Positions 12,819-26,180 of a stretch of DNA of 64,000 bases are shown piece after piece. Numbering within the stretch: position 1 is the first letter of the stretch; each line of letters starts with the position of its first letter. The notes beneath the pieces are model-generated. The model saw nothing but the letters and a program-made list of their open reading frames with translations. It was not told the origin of the DNA and did not search any database. Source of the stretch: Mantamonas sphyraenae STR306 (lineage: Eukaryota; Protista; CRuMs); assembly GCA_026936335.1 (NCBI GenBank), contig JAPMXV010000068.1, positions 248,001 through 312,000 of the forward strand, written 5' to 3'. The position numbers and the translations under genes are program-made.

Positions 12819-15800
12819 ATGAGCTCTCCAGAGTGGGGGGACGGCGACGACGACATGTACATCGGGTCCGGCAGTTTGGACATGGGCAAACTCATGGGCG
12901 CGTTCTCCAGTGGACGCACGACGCCGCAGGACCAGCGAGGCGTCGACTCCAACTCGCTTGCCCAGCTGCTCAATCAGCACCTCGTCGAACAGGAATTCGA
13001 CCCGGAAGGGTTCCACAGCCTGCAAATGGAGACTGTGGAGGAGTATGGTGAGATGGGCGGCTTGTCCATGGGCATGGGCATGGGGGCGGTGTGCAGCAGC
13101 GCCACACGACGACGACGACGACGACGACGACGTGGAACAGCGGGCGGATGCTTCCCAGGATGCCGACGAGAGCCAGGCCGACGGACGCGTTCTTGTGGTC
13201 TCCTTCCACCTGCCCTCCATGCTCAAGCGCACCGACGACGTCCACGAAGACCAGGAGGCAGAGCCCACCACCCAGGGGGCCGAGGTGCCCGAGCAGGACG
13301 ACGCAGAGGGCATGCAGAACCCGGTGCCCGAGAGCCCGGCCGGTCGCCGCAGCAGCAACCCAGGCACAAAGTACGAATTCAAAGTCAGCGAGGATGCCAT
13401 CATGCAGGGCATTGCCACTCTGCTTTCCACGGGCAAATCCCTCATTTGGGTCGGCCAGCCCGACTGCGTGGTCGACGAGCTTGATCGCGACGAAGTCCGC
13501 GAGGCCTACGAAGCTCTCTTTACCTCGCATGCCCTCGATCTCGAGCCCCATACCACCACCCACGGTGCATCTGTCACCAGTGCAGGTGCCACAACGTCCT
13601 CCTCGTCCTCGTCCTCATCCTCATCGTCCTCCAGCTCTGCGCAACTCCTCGGATCCTCGCCCGTCTGGACCGACGGTGGCCTCTTCAAGAGCGGCGGCAG
13701 TGTGGAGGAGACAATGCTGAGCAGCAGTGCACACAGCGACCCATTGTTTGAGGAGTTGGGTGGGGCACGTGTCAGTCCCAGCTCCGCCTCCAAGTGTGTG
13801 CCCGTCTTTCTCGACGAACGTGTGCACATGGAAGCACACGTCCGCTTCTGCAAGGATCTCCTCTGGCCCCTCTTTCATTATCTGCTTTCCTTTATCGGCG
13901 AAAACAGGTACGAAGAGTCCCAATGGCAGGCCTACTGTGCCATGAATGCCCAGTTTGCCGACGCCGTCATCAGCGAGTACCAAGATGGTGATATAATCTG
14001 GGTCCATGGTAAGTGATGGCGTTGTCCTTGAGCGAGCGAGAGCGGTGGTTGCGTGTGCCCTGTGTGAGAGTGTGAGCTGGCAGCGGCACTGACACCCACC
14101 CACCCTACCCCCTCCACCCCTCGCCACCCTCCTCCACCCACCCTACCCCCCTCCACCCACCCTACCCCCCTCCACCCACCCTACCCCCTCCACCCACCCT
14201 ACCCCCCTCCACCCACCCTACCCCCCTCCACCCACCCTACCCCTCCTCCCTCCCCCTTCCCCTCCCCCCCTCCCCCGTCAGACTACCAAATGATGCTGGT
14301 CCCATTCTACGTGAGGAAACGCCTGCGAAACGCACGGATTGGCTTCTTCCTGCACACGCCATTCCCGTCCAGCGAGGTATACCGCACTCTGCCTGTGAGG
14401 GAAGAACTGCTGCGCGGCATGCTCAGCGCAGACATCATTGGCTTCAACAGCTACGAATACGCACGCCACTTTCTGACTGCATGCACACGTGTCCTCAACC
14501 TCAGCTCCAGCCCCAACGGCGTGGAAATGTACGGCCGCTTCGTCGAAGTGGTCATCCGCCCCATTGGCATCCGTCCCGAACGCTGGCTGCACGTCCTCAA
14601 GCGCAAAGAGGTCACCGCACGCGTTGCCCGCCTCAAAAAGCGCTACAAGGGGCTCAAGGTCATCCTTGGCTACGACGAGCTGGACTACATCAAGGGACTC
14701 CTGCTCAAGCTGGCCGCCTACGAGCGCTTCCTGGCCGACAACAAACACTGGCGCGGCCGTGTCATCATGATCCAAGTCACCACCCAGGCCAACCGCAAGC
14801 GTAGCGACGGCCAGGACTTTCGCAGGCTGCAGGACGAGATCAACAAGATGATTGGCCAAATCAACGGCCGCTACTCGCGCATGGATTACTACCCTCTGCA
14901 CGTCATGCACAAGCGCGAGTTTTCCTTTGAGGACCAGTGTGTGCTCTACTCCCTGGCAGACACCCTCCTCATCACACCAACCCGTGACGGCATGAACATG
15001 GTCCCCTACGAGTATGTCATGTGCCAGCAAGCCAACAAGGGCGTCCTCGTCCTCTCCGAGTTTTCCGGCTGCTGCCGCTCCCTCAACGGCGCCGTCCTTG
15101 TCAACCCGTACAGCGCCCAGGAAATGACCGGTGCCCTCATGCAGAGCCTCACCATGAGCCTGGAGGAGCGCAGCAACAGACACCGCAAACTCTACCAGTT
15201 TGTCACCACACACACAAACGCCTTTTGGGCCGAAGCCTGCGTCAAGGACGTCCAACGTGCCGACCAGAACGCAGGCGCAGACTACATGGGGCTGGGCATG
15301 GGCATGGATTACCGCGTCCTGGGCCTCGGCGCAGACTTTGAGATGCTGGACACGGACCTCGTGTGTGCCAAGTACGCCTCCGCATGCCACCGTCTCATCC
15401 TCCTCGACTACCAGGGCACCCTCCAGTCGCTGGATGGCTTCACTCCGCCCAGCAGGCGTCTGCGCAGGCTCCTGCAGTCCCTGTGTGCCGATCCCCGCAA
15501 CGAAGTGTTTATTGTCAGCGGCGATTCCCGTCGCGATCTGCAGGAAGCGTTTGGCACCCTGCCTGTGGGCCTCAGTGCAGAGTACGGCCAGTTTACGTCC
15601 ATGCCACGCGGCTGTTGCGACCTCGACGTCACCAGCCGTCGCTTCTGGCGATCCCACAAGCTCACCGTCGATCTCGAGTGGATGGACGAGGTGGCCGAGC
15701 TGCTCCAGTACTACACCGAACGCACACCGGGCAGCACCCTCATGCTCAAGGAAACCGGCATGATGTGGAACTATCGCAACGCAGAGCCCGACTTTGGCCT

Positions 15801-16581
15801 CTGGCAGGCCAAGGAGATGTCCACCCACCTCAAGGAGAGCGTCCTGCCCAACGAACCCGTCGAGGTTGTCAGCAGCAACGGCCTCCTCGAAGTCCAACCC
15901 CAGGCCCTCAACAAGGGCGTGGCCGTCGTTCGCATCATGGACCACGTGCGTGCGGAAAAGTCCGTGGGCACCCAGGAGCACGTGGCCCACCACTGCCTGC
16001 GTCGCAACCATGCCGAGGCCTCGGGTGCCTGGCAGCACGGCGCCGAGGATGCCCAGGAGGAGCAAGACGAGGCCGACGCCGAGGACGAGGCTCACATGGA
16101 GTGGCACACACAGCGAGACACCATTGCCCAGCAGCCCGTCGACTTTATCCTCTACGTCGGCGACGACCCCTTTGACGAGGACGCCTTTGCCGTCCTCAAG
16201 GGCGAAGACACCCTCGTGCACACCAGCGTGAAGCGGGCCCGTCACACACACGCCGTCACCACCACCACAGGCACTGCCTCGGCAAACATCCAGCAGCAGC
16301 GCCAAAAGCAGGCCCACGACCAGGAGGTCGAGTTTAGCCAGACCACACAGGAGTACGAAGACGACGGCGACGCCATGGAGCCCGTCAAGATTGCAAAGAA
16401 TTCCACCCTGCAGCGAGGCGGCAGTCTCAAGCACCTCGGCGACAAGGTCCGTCGCCAAAACACAGTCCCGGCAGGCAGCACTTTCACCATCACTGTCGGA
16501 CGCAAACCCTCACAGGCTCAGTACTACGTCAACGGCGTCAGCGATGTCCTCAATCTGCTCCAGGACCTTGTCGACGCACCA

Positions 16582-16614
<33 letters not shown>

Positions 16615-16686
16615 GCGCAAGACCACCCCACAGACCTCGCCGTGGATCTCGGCGGCGGAGATCATTTCATCTTTGAATTTGAATGA
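12819..16686 (+). CDS. Trehalose-6-phosphate synthase/phosphatase family protein (GT20 + HAD), with degenerate catalytic motifs
   Basis: Intron 14009-14281 restores WVH|DYQMML. Motifs IGFFLHTPFPSSE, RDGMNMVPYEY, LVLSEFSG, HAD LILLDYQGTL and YVGDD are present. A probable 49-nt first intron (13048-13096) joins the first two ORFs in frame. Confidence 0.9.
14094..14245. repeat. C-rich ~19-20-nt minisatellite (CCACCCACCCTACCCCCT) inside the TPS intron
   Basis: About 6-7 direct copies visible. Confidence 0.85.
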
Positions 16687-16859
16687 AGCAGAGATGTGTT
16701 TGCCAGATCCTCCCTCCTTCATTGACTCCATCCTCACTCCAAACTCTGCTTCTTCTTCTTCTTCTTTTTCTTCTTCTTCTTCAGCAGATCCTCCTCCCCA
16801 TCCTCCTCCTGTACGTCAGTTCCCACCATCGTCGGCGGTGCAAACACCAATTCGTCCTC

Positions 16860-17065
16860 CTCCTCCACTGGGGGCGCGTCAAACACCGGTGATTCTGCCA
16901 CTGGGGGGGCATCAAACACCACCGCCTCCTCCACTGGCGGCGCGTCAAACACCATCGCCTCCTCCACTGGCGGCGCATCAAACACCACCGCTTCCTCCAC
17001 TGGCGGCGCGTCAAACACCATCGCCTCCTCCACTGGCGGCGCATCAAACACCATCGCCTCCTCCT
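16860..17065 (-). repeat. ~6 tandem 33-bp repeats encoding VEEA(M/V)VFDAPP in the cytoplasmic tail
   Basis: Directly visible in the DNA and in the ORF 16734-17858 translation. Confidence 0.9.
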
Positions 17066-20000
17066 CATCCACCTGCGCCTCCCCAACCACCTCCTCCTTC
17101 TCCTTCTCCCCCTGCGTCTCCCCAACTACCGCCTCCTCGTCCACCAACACAATCTTCCTCTTGCTCTTCTTCTTCCTCATCGCCCGCCTTTCCTCCTCCT
17201 CTTCGGCCTCCTGCTTGGCCTCTCGCTCCCGCTCATCCTCCTCCTCATCCGTCCTCCCCAACCCCAACACCTTGAGGTTCACCGCCATCATCTCCACGTC
17301 TCCACTTCCCACATCATCTTCGCCCATCAATGCACGGCTGCCCATCAGACCCCTCCTCCTCTCCACTTCCTTCTGCTTCTCCTTCACAGCCTCACGTGCC
17401 TCCAGCTTCTCCTGAAGCGTTTGGAAGCGCTGCGCCTTGTCCTCCAGCACCAATCCCACACTGACCACGCGCGTGCCACAATGGACAGACTCCTTTCGCC
17501 GCGTACACTGCTGCTCAGCTCCGACGGCGTCGCATCCTCGCCCTCGCCACGGCTTCCCCTCAGCACTGCCTTGACATCCACTCCCTGAGTCCACTTGCTC
17601 AGCTTGGCCGCCTTGTCTGTCACCCACAGCACAAACAGCGCAGTCACAAACAGCAGCAGCGCCGTGCAGTTCAGCACAATCAGCACCACCACCAGCGCAA
17701 TCTCGCCCGTTTCGTCCAGTTCTGTCGACACAAACAGCATGCCCGACAGCAACGTCGATGCCGTGGCCAGCAGCGACAGCGTCTCCATGTTCTGGTGCAC
17801 GTTCTTGCTGAACGGCTTGCCGTACATGTGTGCAATCAGCGACGCCAGCACCACCCACAGCCGTAGTACAACTGACGCAGCGGGTAGTCCTCCAGAATCA
17901 CAATGCACACAATCGCCAGCTTGCGCACCAGAATGATAAACTCCCAGTAGTACCGCTTCGCCACGTAGCCGCCGGTCAGGAAGCCCACCTTGTGGAGCAC
18001 ATTCAACGAGTTGCGCGCCTTGACCAGCAGCACCAGCGTCAGGAATGGCACGCCAAACAAGTACAGGATCGCACACAGGATGGCAATGCCTCGGTAACTC
18101 AGGTACTCCGGATCCGTGCACGAGATGCGATAGTCTTGCTTCAGCAGGATCGCATGCTCCCCGAATTGCTTGCACGTAAACATGTCCAGCACGCTCTTGG
18201 TCACCAGAGGGAACGCCACAAAGATCGTCACCAGGCACAGCCTGTACATGGCGTCGCCAAAGCGGCGCAACTGATCCTTGTCGATGCGGCCGTACTGCTT
18301 GACGCACCATGCCACACAAAAGGCCAGCAGCGGCACAAACACACCCACCGTCGGCACCAGCATGTACTGCAAAAAGGTGCCGTACGTGTCCAGGCCCGTG
18401 GCGCAGTCAAACGGCAGCTTCATCGGCTCCATCGTGGCAATGCCAAACACACTCAGAAACGTGGCGATGCTCGACGGCCACTGCATGCGGAACGACCCAA
18501 TAAACGCCATCACCTGCAGATAGTTCACAAGCACCTTTTTGATGATGCTGCGCACACTGCGTCGTTTGCCCAACGTGCGACGTGCCATCGACGAGATAAT
18601 CAACAGCACCGCCACAATGGACATCACCACCAGGAACCAATTGACTCCGATCTCGCCACACGGCGCACATCGCTGGCCCAATCGACCGTAGCCGGGCGAA
18701 CACACACCACACAGGGGTCCCTCGTAGCCCGCCGCACACGACGAGTTTGTGCCGCCGGGGCACGCATCCACGTAGGGGCACTCGTAGTAATCCAGTGCTC
18801 CCTTCTTGAACGAGAAAAAGTTGGGCAACGGCTTGGGCGGCTGGCCTTGGTCGCACTTGCCGCCTGCCACACACGCCTGACACACACCGGGAGACGATGC
18901 AAGCTCAAAGAAGCCCTCTTCGCACTCGCAGGCAGACACGCTTGTGGCGCCCACAAAGTCCACCACCATGTTCTTGGGGCACGACAGACATGTCTCCTGG
19001 CCCACCTGGTCCTGGTACGTGTCTCGTGGACACGCCAAACAGACGCCCGAGCCAGGCAAACGGTACGCGCCCACGCCACACACACACTCTGTGCCAGCCA
19101 GCGACGGCTGCGTGTTGGCGTACAACTCATCGCACCGCTGCACACGCGTGGCATCAGCCACCTCCACCGTGGGCAGTGTACGTGTGCCGGCCAACCCGTC
19201 CACCACCATGCTGTACGTCACGCCGTACCGTCCATTCAGGGTCAACGACACAAAGCGTGCGTAGCCGTTCACACTCGTCACGATGCTGCCACTGACCGGG
19301 TCGGACGGCGTAAACGTCACCGTCACCGACACCGCTTCGTGACGCACCAGGTTGCCCACAGAGTCAATCACAGCCACCACGGGTTGCTGGACAAACGGCA
19401 CCGTGTTGTTGCTGCTCGCACTCACGCGCTGCTCCACACGCAACGCCTCGGCAGGGCCCGATTGCACGTGCACTTCCATCTCCACACTCGTCAACCCGGC
19501 CGCACCAAACACCACGCGGTACACCCCGCCCACCGCCGTCACACGCAGGTCCGCAAACACCGCCTCGCCCGTGGCCGTGCTGACAGGCTGCACACGCGTG
19601 CCACCCACCACCACCACCTGCTGCGCCTCACCGTTGCGCGACACCACACGTCCACTCACCACACTCACATTCCTCACGCCGCCACCGTTCAGCAGCAACC
19701 CTGCGCCTGCGTCCTGCACCGCCACACGCACCTGACCGACCGCCACATCGACCTGCGGCGCGCCGGCAAAGCTCACGTTGCGTGCGGCGGCGCCATTGCC
19801 CTGCAACCCAAGCATGTCGGCGGGCCCGCCGCTCACCACTTCAATCTCCAGACTGGTCCATCGTTCCGAGTTGCCCACCCGGATGGTGTGCACGCCACGG
19901 CGCGGTCGCACCAGTGTGATCAGACCACGGTACATCACCGCACTGGATCGCATGCTCAGCGTCGGTTCCGCCGTGCGCAGCTCCACACTCGGTCCACCCG

Positions 20001-21000
20001 ACGCGTCGTCCAAACTCGTCACAGACATGCTCAACGTCACCGTGCTGGCATCCTCGGCCAGCCCCAACACGTTGCCTGCTCCGTCCACACTCTGCACAAG
20101 CGTCGCCTCCGGCACCACCTCCACACGGCTCACCACCACCTGACGCGTCACGTTCAGTCGCAACCCCTCGGGCAGACCTGGCACAATCGTCACCAGCACC
20201 ACACCCTTGGTCAATCCCGTCGCCGTCGCATCGATGGCCACCACACCCACCAGCGGCCGCACAAGCGTCACATCCACAAATGCCACCTCGCCACTGCTCG
20301 CGTTTGCCGCGTACGTCTGTGCAAACGACGTCAGCAGCAAACTCTGGCTGCCCATCGTCAGCGCATACGCACGCGTGCGGTTCTCCACACCCGCCACACT
20401 CTGGCCCGCGCCGTCACGCGCCGTCACCGTCACACGGCCCACGTTGACCCGCTGGCCCGCACGGTACGTCGCCTGCAGATCTGCCACTGTCACAGCCACG
20501 CTGCGTGCGGGCCCCACCACCACGTCAAACACGCGCTGGAAGCCCTGCAGACCCGCTGCCGTCACATTCAACACGTAGCGGCCCGTCCTTGGCTGATCCA
20601 CACGCATGGTCAGCGACGCTCGCCCTGCACCCGTGCTCACCGCAGACGCATCCAACGTGCCCTGCCCATTCACCATCACCACCTGGACCGACAGCACGCC
20701 ACCCAACGCGGTGAAATCGCCGCCTGCATCCAAACTCTCCACGTGCATCGATCGCAACGTCACTTGCGCGTCTGCCTCGTACACTTCCACACCGGCAATG
20801 CTTTCGTTGCTGACCAACCTCACTGCCGGACCGGCCACCACGCGCACGGGCACAACCAGCCCAACCAGGCCCTCCACGGACACAGTCACGTTGTGCAGGC
20901 CCTGACGCGGAGCCAAGAAAGCCACCGAGCTGAGCGAGGCAGTGGACGAGGTCATGGTCGTGTGTGCGCCCGCAGCTTGAAACGTCGCACTCTCTGTGTA

Positions 21001-21130
21001 TTGCTGAGCGCAGCGTGCTGTGCACACTTCCCACAAAAAATCTCTCTCCCCTGGAAACGTGTTCACTACGGCCGCGTCGGCGCTACGCCGGTCCTAGATA
21101 AGTACCAGTCGTTGTCGTTGATGGTCAGTT
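21001..21130 (-). ncRNA. Putative omegaRNA scaffold of element A (5' boundary unknown)
   Basis: Lies between the Fanzor stop and the element end. Contains hairpin CGGCG-UAG-CGCCG (21078-21090) and a long stem (21020-21066) that needs many G-U pairs on the sense strand. Confidence 0.55.
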
Positions 21131-24100
21131 GTCGGTGTCGTCGTCGTCCTTGTGGATTCGCTGCAGGCCAGCTGGTCGTCTGCCTTGCGTGAGGAGGCAC
21201 ACGGCCAAGATCGCGATATTGAGCAGAGCGTTGACATCTCGATTGATGACTCGCATGCTGTGGGCCCCTGCACACGCCTGAACCGCTGCACGTGCCCCTG
21301 CCGTGGCACTGCGACACCCGTGTTGTGCAACACACTGCTGACAACCAACCCAGCGTCCCATCGATTTTTTCGTGCTGCCCAAGGCATGGCAGTATTGAAC
21401 TTCTCCATGGCACCGTGAGTGGTTCTTCGTGGTGTTGTACTCGGATACAATGAGCACCAGGGTGTGCAATGCAAGCTTCGAGGTCCAGGACGTGAAGTTG
21501 CCTCCCGTCCAGGTTTGTGGCCCTGCCACAGTCAGCACGTGCTTCCTGTGCAACTTCTTTGCATATGACTTTGCCGCCGTGTAGCATCGCTGAGCCTGCG
21601 CATTCTTGCAGCGAGCTGATTGAGCCCTGGATGCTGGCGTGTGTTCGCCGCTTGTGCGCTTGTGCCCACGTCTTTGCACCAACTCTCCCCTGTGCGAGGT
21701 AGTGGACACGCGCACGAGCGTACCGTACACACGTGAACCTCGTCGGAACTCGGGCTCAGCAGAAGGGGCGAAGAGCGCTGCATGGTTCTTGGTTTTACCG
21801 CCGTCAAGGATCAGCATCACCGCCTCGTTCATCCACGTCTGCGGCGGCTTGCGGAACAGCACCTGCCTCTCAAACAGGGCTCCTTTTGGAGTCAATGCCT
21901 GCTCCCGGGGAATACAATCGAGCAGCTTGTTTGCTTGTTCGGCGTTGTGGCCGCTGGCGCGGAGCAGGCGCACAGTTCTTTCGCGGCCGAGCAATCGCAC
22001 AGATGCTGTCAGAATGACAGCAGCGTTGTGTGACTTTTTCAGGAAAGGCAGCAGGTACGCAACGCTGCGTTGTGAGGTCTCAAAGAGCTCATCCAGAAAA
22101 AAGCATCCACGGATTTTGGGGTCCAGGTACGAGTCCACCAGGCTCAGGAGGGACAATAAGGGTGCCTGCTTGTGACGGCAGTACTTCCACGTGCCCATGT
22201 GCCGCGCAGCACTGCCCCAATAGCCAGACAGCTGGCTGGGAGATGCAGAAAGCAAATCCGGTGTGAAGATGAGTGACACAAGGGGTGGTTGTGTCGTCCT
22301 CGCACGATGCTGAGCGAGGCTGTTACATGATAACCATGCCTCAACGAGCGTTTGCAAGTAGTCGATGTTGGCACACAACGTGTCCTTCTCTTGCATGACA
22401 ATCTGGTGCAGCTCACCGGGATTGTCCGCATCTTTTGCCCAGGCCTGAAGGTTCTCCACGGTGGCGTTTCCGGTGCTCTTCCATGTGCGGAGGATGTTCC
22501 AATAGTCTGTCGGCGTGTACATGACCTGCCCCTCTGGATTGACCTGTTGGGGAAGGTTCAGCGGCTGCTCGCCTGCCTTCAGCGTGCTCACAGCATCCAA
22601 AAGGTCTTTCACGTCGCCATCCGCATACAGGTGGTCGGCGGTGAAGTGGATTGTCTTTAACGCCTGCAGTGCTGCCTGTTTCAGTGCATCGGGGTCTGAA
22701 TCGGACACGGAAGAATCTGCCCCATCAGATGTTCCCGAGGCAGAGGCTGAGGAGGATGAGGAGGAGGATGAGGAGGAGGATGAGGAGGAGGATGAGGATG
22801 AGGATGAGGATGAGGATGAGGATGAGGATGAGGATGAGGATGAGGATGAGGCGGCGGAGGCGGCGGCGGAGGAGGGGGAGGAGGAGGAGGCTGAGACGGG
22901 CGACTGGAAGATTTGCGTGAGATTGATCTCCTTCAGCCGCTTGCGCACCATGGCGGCCGTCCTTGGCTTTGTGCTCTCCTTGCCGTTGTCGTTGAGGTAG
23001 TCTGCAATCACCTGGCTCGCTGCCTCCATGCCCAGAGATGTGACGTCTTCAGGCAGCATTGCGTGCAGAGCGCATGCCCGTGCTGCGCAATGAACAAGCA
23101 CCTTCATGCCCTGCGCACAGCTCTCTCCGTGTTTGCCGACTGCAGCCAAACCGCGCTTGGTGTTCTCGTCCAAGGCTTCCACCAACAACACACAACCAGC
23201 AGCGGCGGGGTCATCCACAAAATGGATCGCAGACGGAATCTTCTTGAACGACCAGTTCTCGTTCGAACTCCACCCTGCATCTCCTGCGGCCTGCACGTCA
23301 AGCACCAACACCTGGCCATCGTGGCTCTGTGCCAGCGCGTTCGCCACACCTCTCGTCAGCTTGCCCAACCGCAAAGTCCAAAGCGGAGAATCGACCTGCA
23401 CACCTGCGACTCCAGCACGTGACGCACGCTTTCTTGGAACACAGCGAATGGCGTCCTGCAGGAGATATGGAAGAAGACGCACAAATGCGTTCAACATCAC
23501 CAGTGTTGCACTCGCAAACGCGTGTGTCGCAGCCGAGAGCTCCGCAACAACGCCCTTCGTCTCTTCCGACCATTCAGCGCCCTTGCTGCTGGCGACATCG
23601 GCCTTCAGAGGGATGATGGAGACGTCCGAGTCCACCAGACCACACAGGTGATCCGGTGCCGTCTTTGTGTCCAATCCACCGACCTCAGCAAAGGCAGCGA
23701 GCACGTCTTTGGAGCCGATTTTGGAAAGGCGGCGGGCAAACAATGCAAGCGTGTCTGCTTCAAGGGCACGCAGACCCTCCTCGCGCTTCTCGCTGGCGCT
23801 CATGCGACGCTGCTTTCTGTACAACAGCGAGTGGTACAGAGGTAGCAGGCCATGGCCACGTGCGTTTGCTTTGAGCCGCTTGCGCGTGGCCTTGTCCAAC
23901 TTGGCTGTGTACATCTTGTCGCGGAGCAACAGGGCCTGTTGAATGAGGTCAGCGTCGACTGTGTCCCAGTAGTTGGCCATGCTAACGCAAAAGGCGCTTG
24001 AAACGACGTCGTCGCCGCACTCAAGTTCCATCACGCAAACGTGCGTCAGCCGGGTCGACTTGATCGTAATCCTCACTTGCAGGCTCGCTGAAGCGTTGAG

Positions 24101-26180
24101 ACGCTCCAACAGGTGCTCGGCCTCCTCTGCGACCCGTTGGGCGTCCCCAAGCACAAAGCATGTGTGCGTGGGTGCGCGTTTGTCACCTTGAGGCAGGGCA
24201 GCTCCTACCACAACGACACCACCGTCTGCGTCCTGGGCATCGATGTGTGCATCTTCCAGATCCAGAAGCACATCATACGCGTTGTTCAACACCATCAGTG
24301 TCTTCCGTGCCCTCCCAGTCTTCCCGTCGTTCCTTGTATCCAGCCCACTAACCCCGTGAAAGCGCTTGGGCTCCTCGCCATCGACGATCACAACGTCCAG
24401 AACATTCCCACTCTCATCCACAACGACAGAGAAGGCTTGTCGGACGAGTACATACGCCACCTGTCGTTTGGCGGTGGAAAACGAGTCCCAGGATTCCGGC
24501 AAATTCGCCATCCCTTCTTTGCGCAGCCGCTGGGCAAAGAAGGACACAAAGGCCCGGACCATGGCACCCTTGTCGCCCTTGCTTTGTTCCACCATCAGCT
24601 GATACACACCCTTCAAATGGGCGGCGTTGGGCTTGAGTGTTTGGTTTTGGAGTCGCTCGCTCTTCCGTTGCTTGCAAAGCACACTCACCCAAGGAGAGCC
24701 CATGTACACTGCACTGTCATACAGATCATACTCGAGCAGTCGCTTCGATGCTGCAGTCAAGCCTTTGTAGTCGGCAAGCAGCTTGCTCTCCCTCACCGTG
24801 AATGACTTCGACACGTGTTCGATCAGCTGCTTGAGAGAGTCGATGTGAACGACAGAGAGATCGTTGCCTGTGCTCGGGGGCTCGAAGCCCGTCGGTACGA
24901 TAAGCTGTGTGCCCGCAACGCCGCACGCCTTGGATAGGAGATTGGAGTACCTCGCCAGGAGAGGGTTGCGCAAGGGAATACCGTCGCGCTTCCCGGTGAG
25001 CAGAGCGAAGGTGTTGAGCTTGTACCTGGTCAACTGGGTCACCTCGTATGCCCTTTGCGGTGCTGTGGGATGCACGCTCCAAAATGACTTTGCGATGTCT
25101 GGCGCCAAGCGAGCCACATCAGAGTCGGTATGGACAAATACGTGTTGATAATGGCCATAATGAGCGGAGAAGAATTCAGACATAGCCTGCTCGGCTTCCA
25201 AAGAGTCCAGCTCTTTGGGTACGGGCGACAAAAACACGCCAGGCGTCTCTTGCATCGGCTGGGTCCAATCGTGCTGTGGAATGGACCGCGAAAGGTACTC
25301 GTGCAAGTAGCCATACGTCAGGTACGACCTGCATTGCCACAGCATGTCCTGGGTGGAGGATGCGTGTGAGCGAGGGAAATGAGAGAACATGGGCAAAATT
25401 CCACGTACCTCATAGCTGGGCGGCTTCTTGCTTGATGCGGAGCGGCTCATATGCCTCAACAGATCCTGAACATGCACCTTGTCCTTGAAGTGGGTTTGCA
25501 TGCCTGCAAAGTCTTCGGGGGCAGCGTGGTGATCCAAGAACAGCATCACGGCGCCATTGACACCTTGCGCTTCAAGTTCCGTTTGCAACGCGGTCAACTC
25601 GCATGCGACTTTGTCGGCCTTGGCCTTGATGTGCGTGCGCACTTGCTCTTGTGTTTTCTCCTCCAGGTTTGCGTGCAGCCAAATACTCTTGTCTGTGGAT
25701 GGAGGGGCGGAAAATGCGCAGCGGCGTCAGTTTGCCCGTTGTCTTATGGCGCCAGCCAGTCGCTGAACCCTTACACAGGACACCACCATCCACGGAGACC
25801 ACCACCATGTCTCCTCCGGGGTCGACAACCTCGGAAATCCTGCTTGCCAGGGCAGGGGCGTTCAATGTATGGCTCGGTGACGCTTGCTCGGTATGCTCGG
25901 TACTCGGCAGGTCGCCAGTCTCCTCTCCAGCCATTTTGCGCATGTGTTTGAGCAGCACTGCCTTGCTGGGGCGCCACACCTTGTTTGTTTGGTTAGTGGC
26001 GTCCATCGTAACCTCGACAACCGCTTGTGCGTCACCATCGAACGCAGTCACAACCTGTAGCACGCTGGGCGGTAAGTCGTCCACACGAACCGATCTGGCA
26101 GCAACGACGTCCTGCTGCCCTAAGATGGATTCAACAATGTCATTCTGTACAGCGTCATCGTCGCTGCTGGATGATGACAT
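21125..26180 (-). CDS. Giant Fanzor/TnpB-like RNA-guided RuvC nuclease (~1657 aa); exons 26180-25775 and 25692-21125
   Basis: C-terminal RuvC-I LILDGGKT, shifted RuvC-II IVSEYNTTK, zinc finger HSRC...GRWVGCQQC and RuvC-III INRDVNALLNI. The 82-nt intron 25693-25774 (GTAAGG...CTGAC...CACAG) joins DGGVL-Y-KSIWL in frame with ORF 21125-25642. Confidence 0.85.

Noticed and set aside
14094-14245. Interstitial telomeric repeat
   Set aside because: It contains CCCTA but the unit is ~19-20 nt and lacks tandem CCCTAA hexamers.
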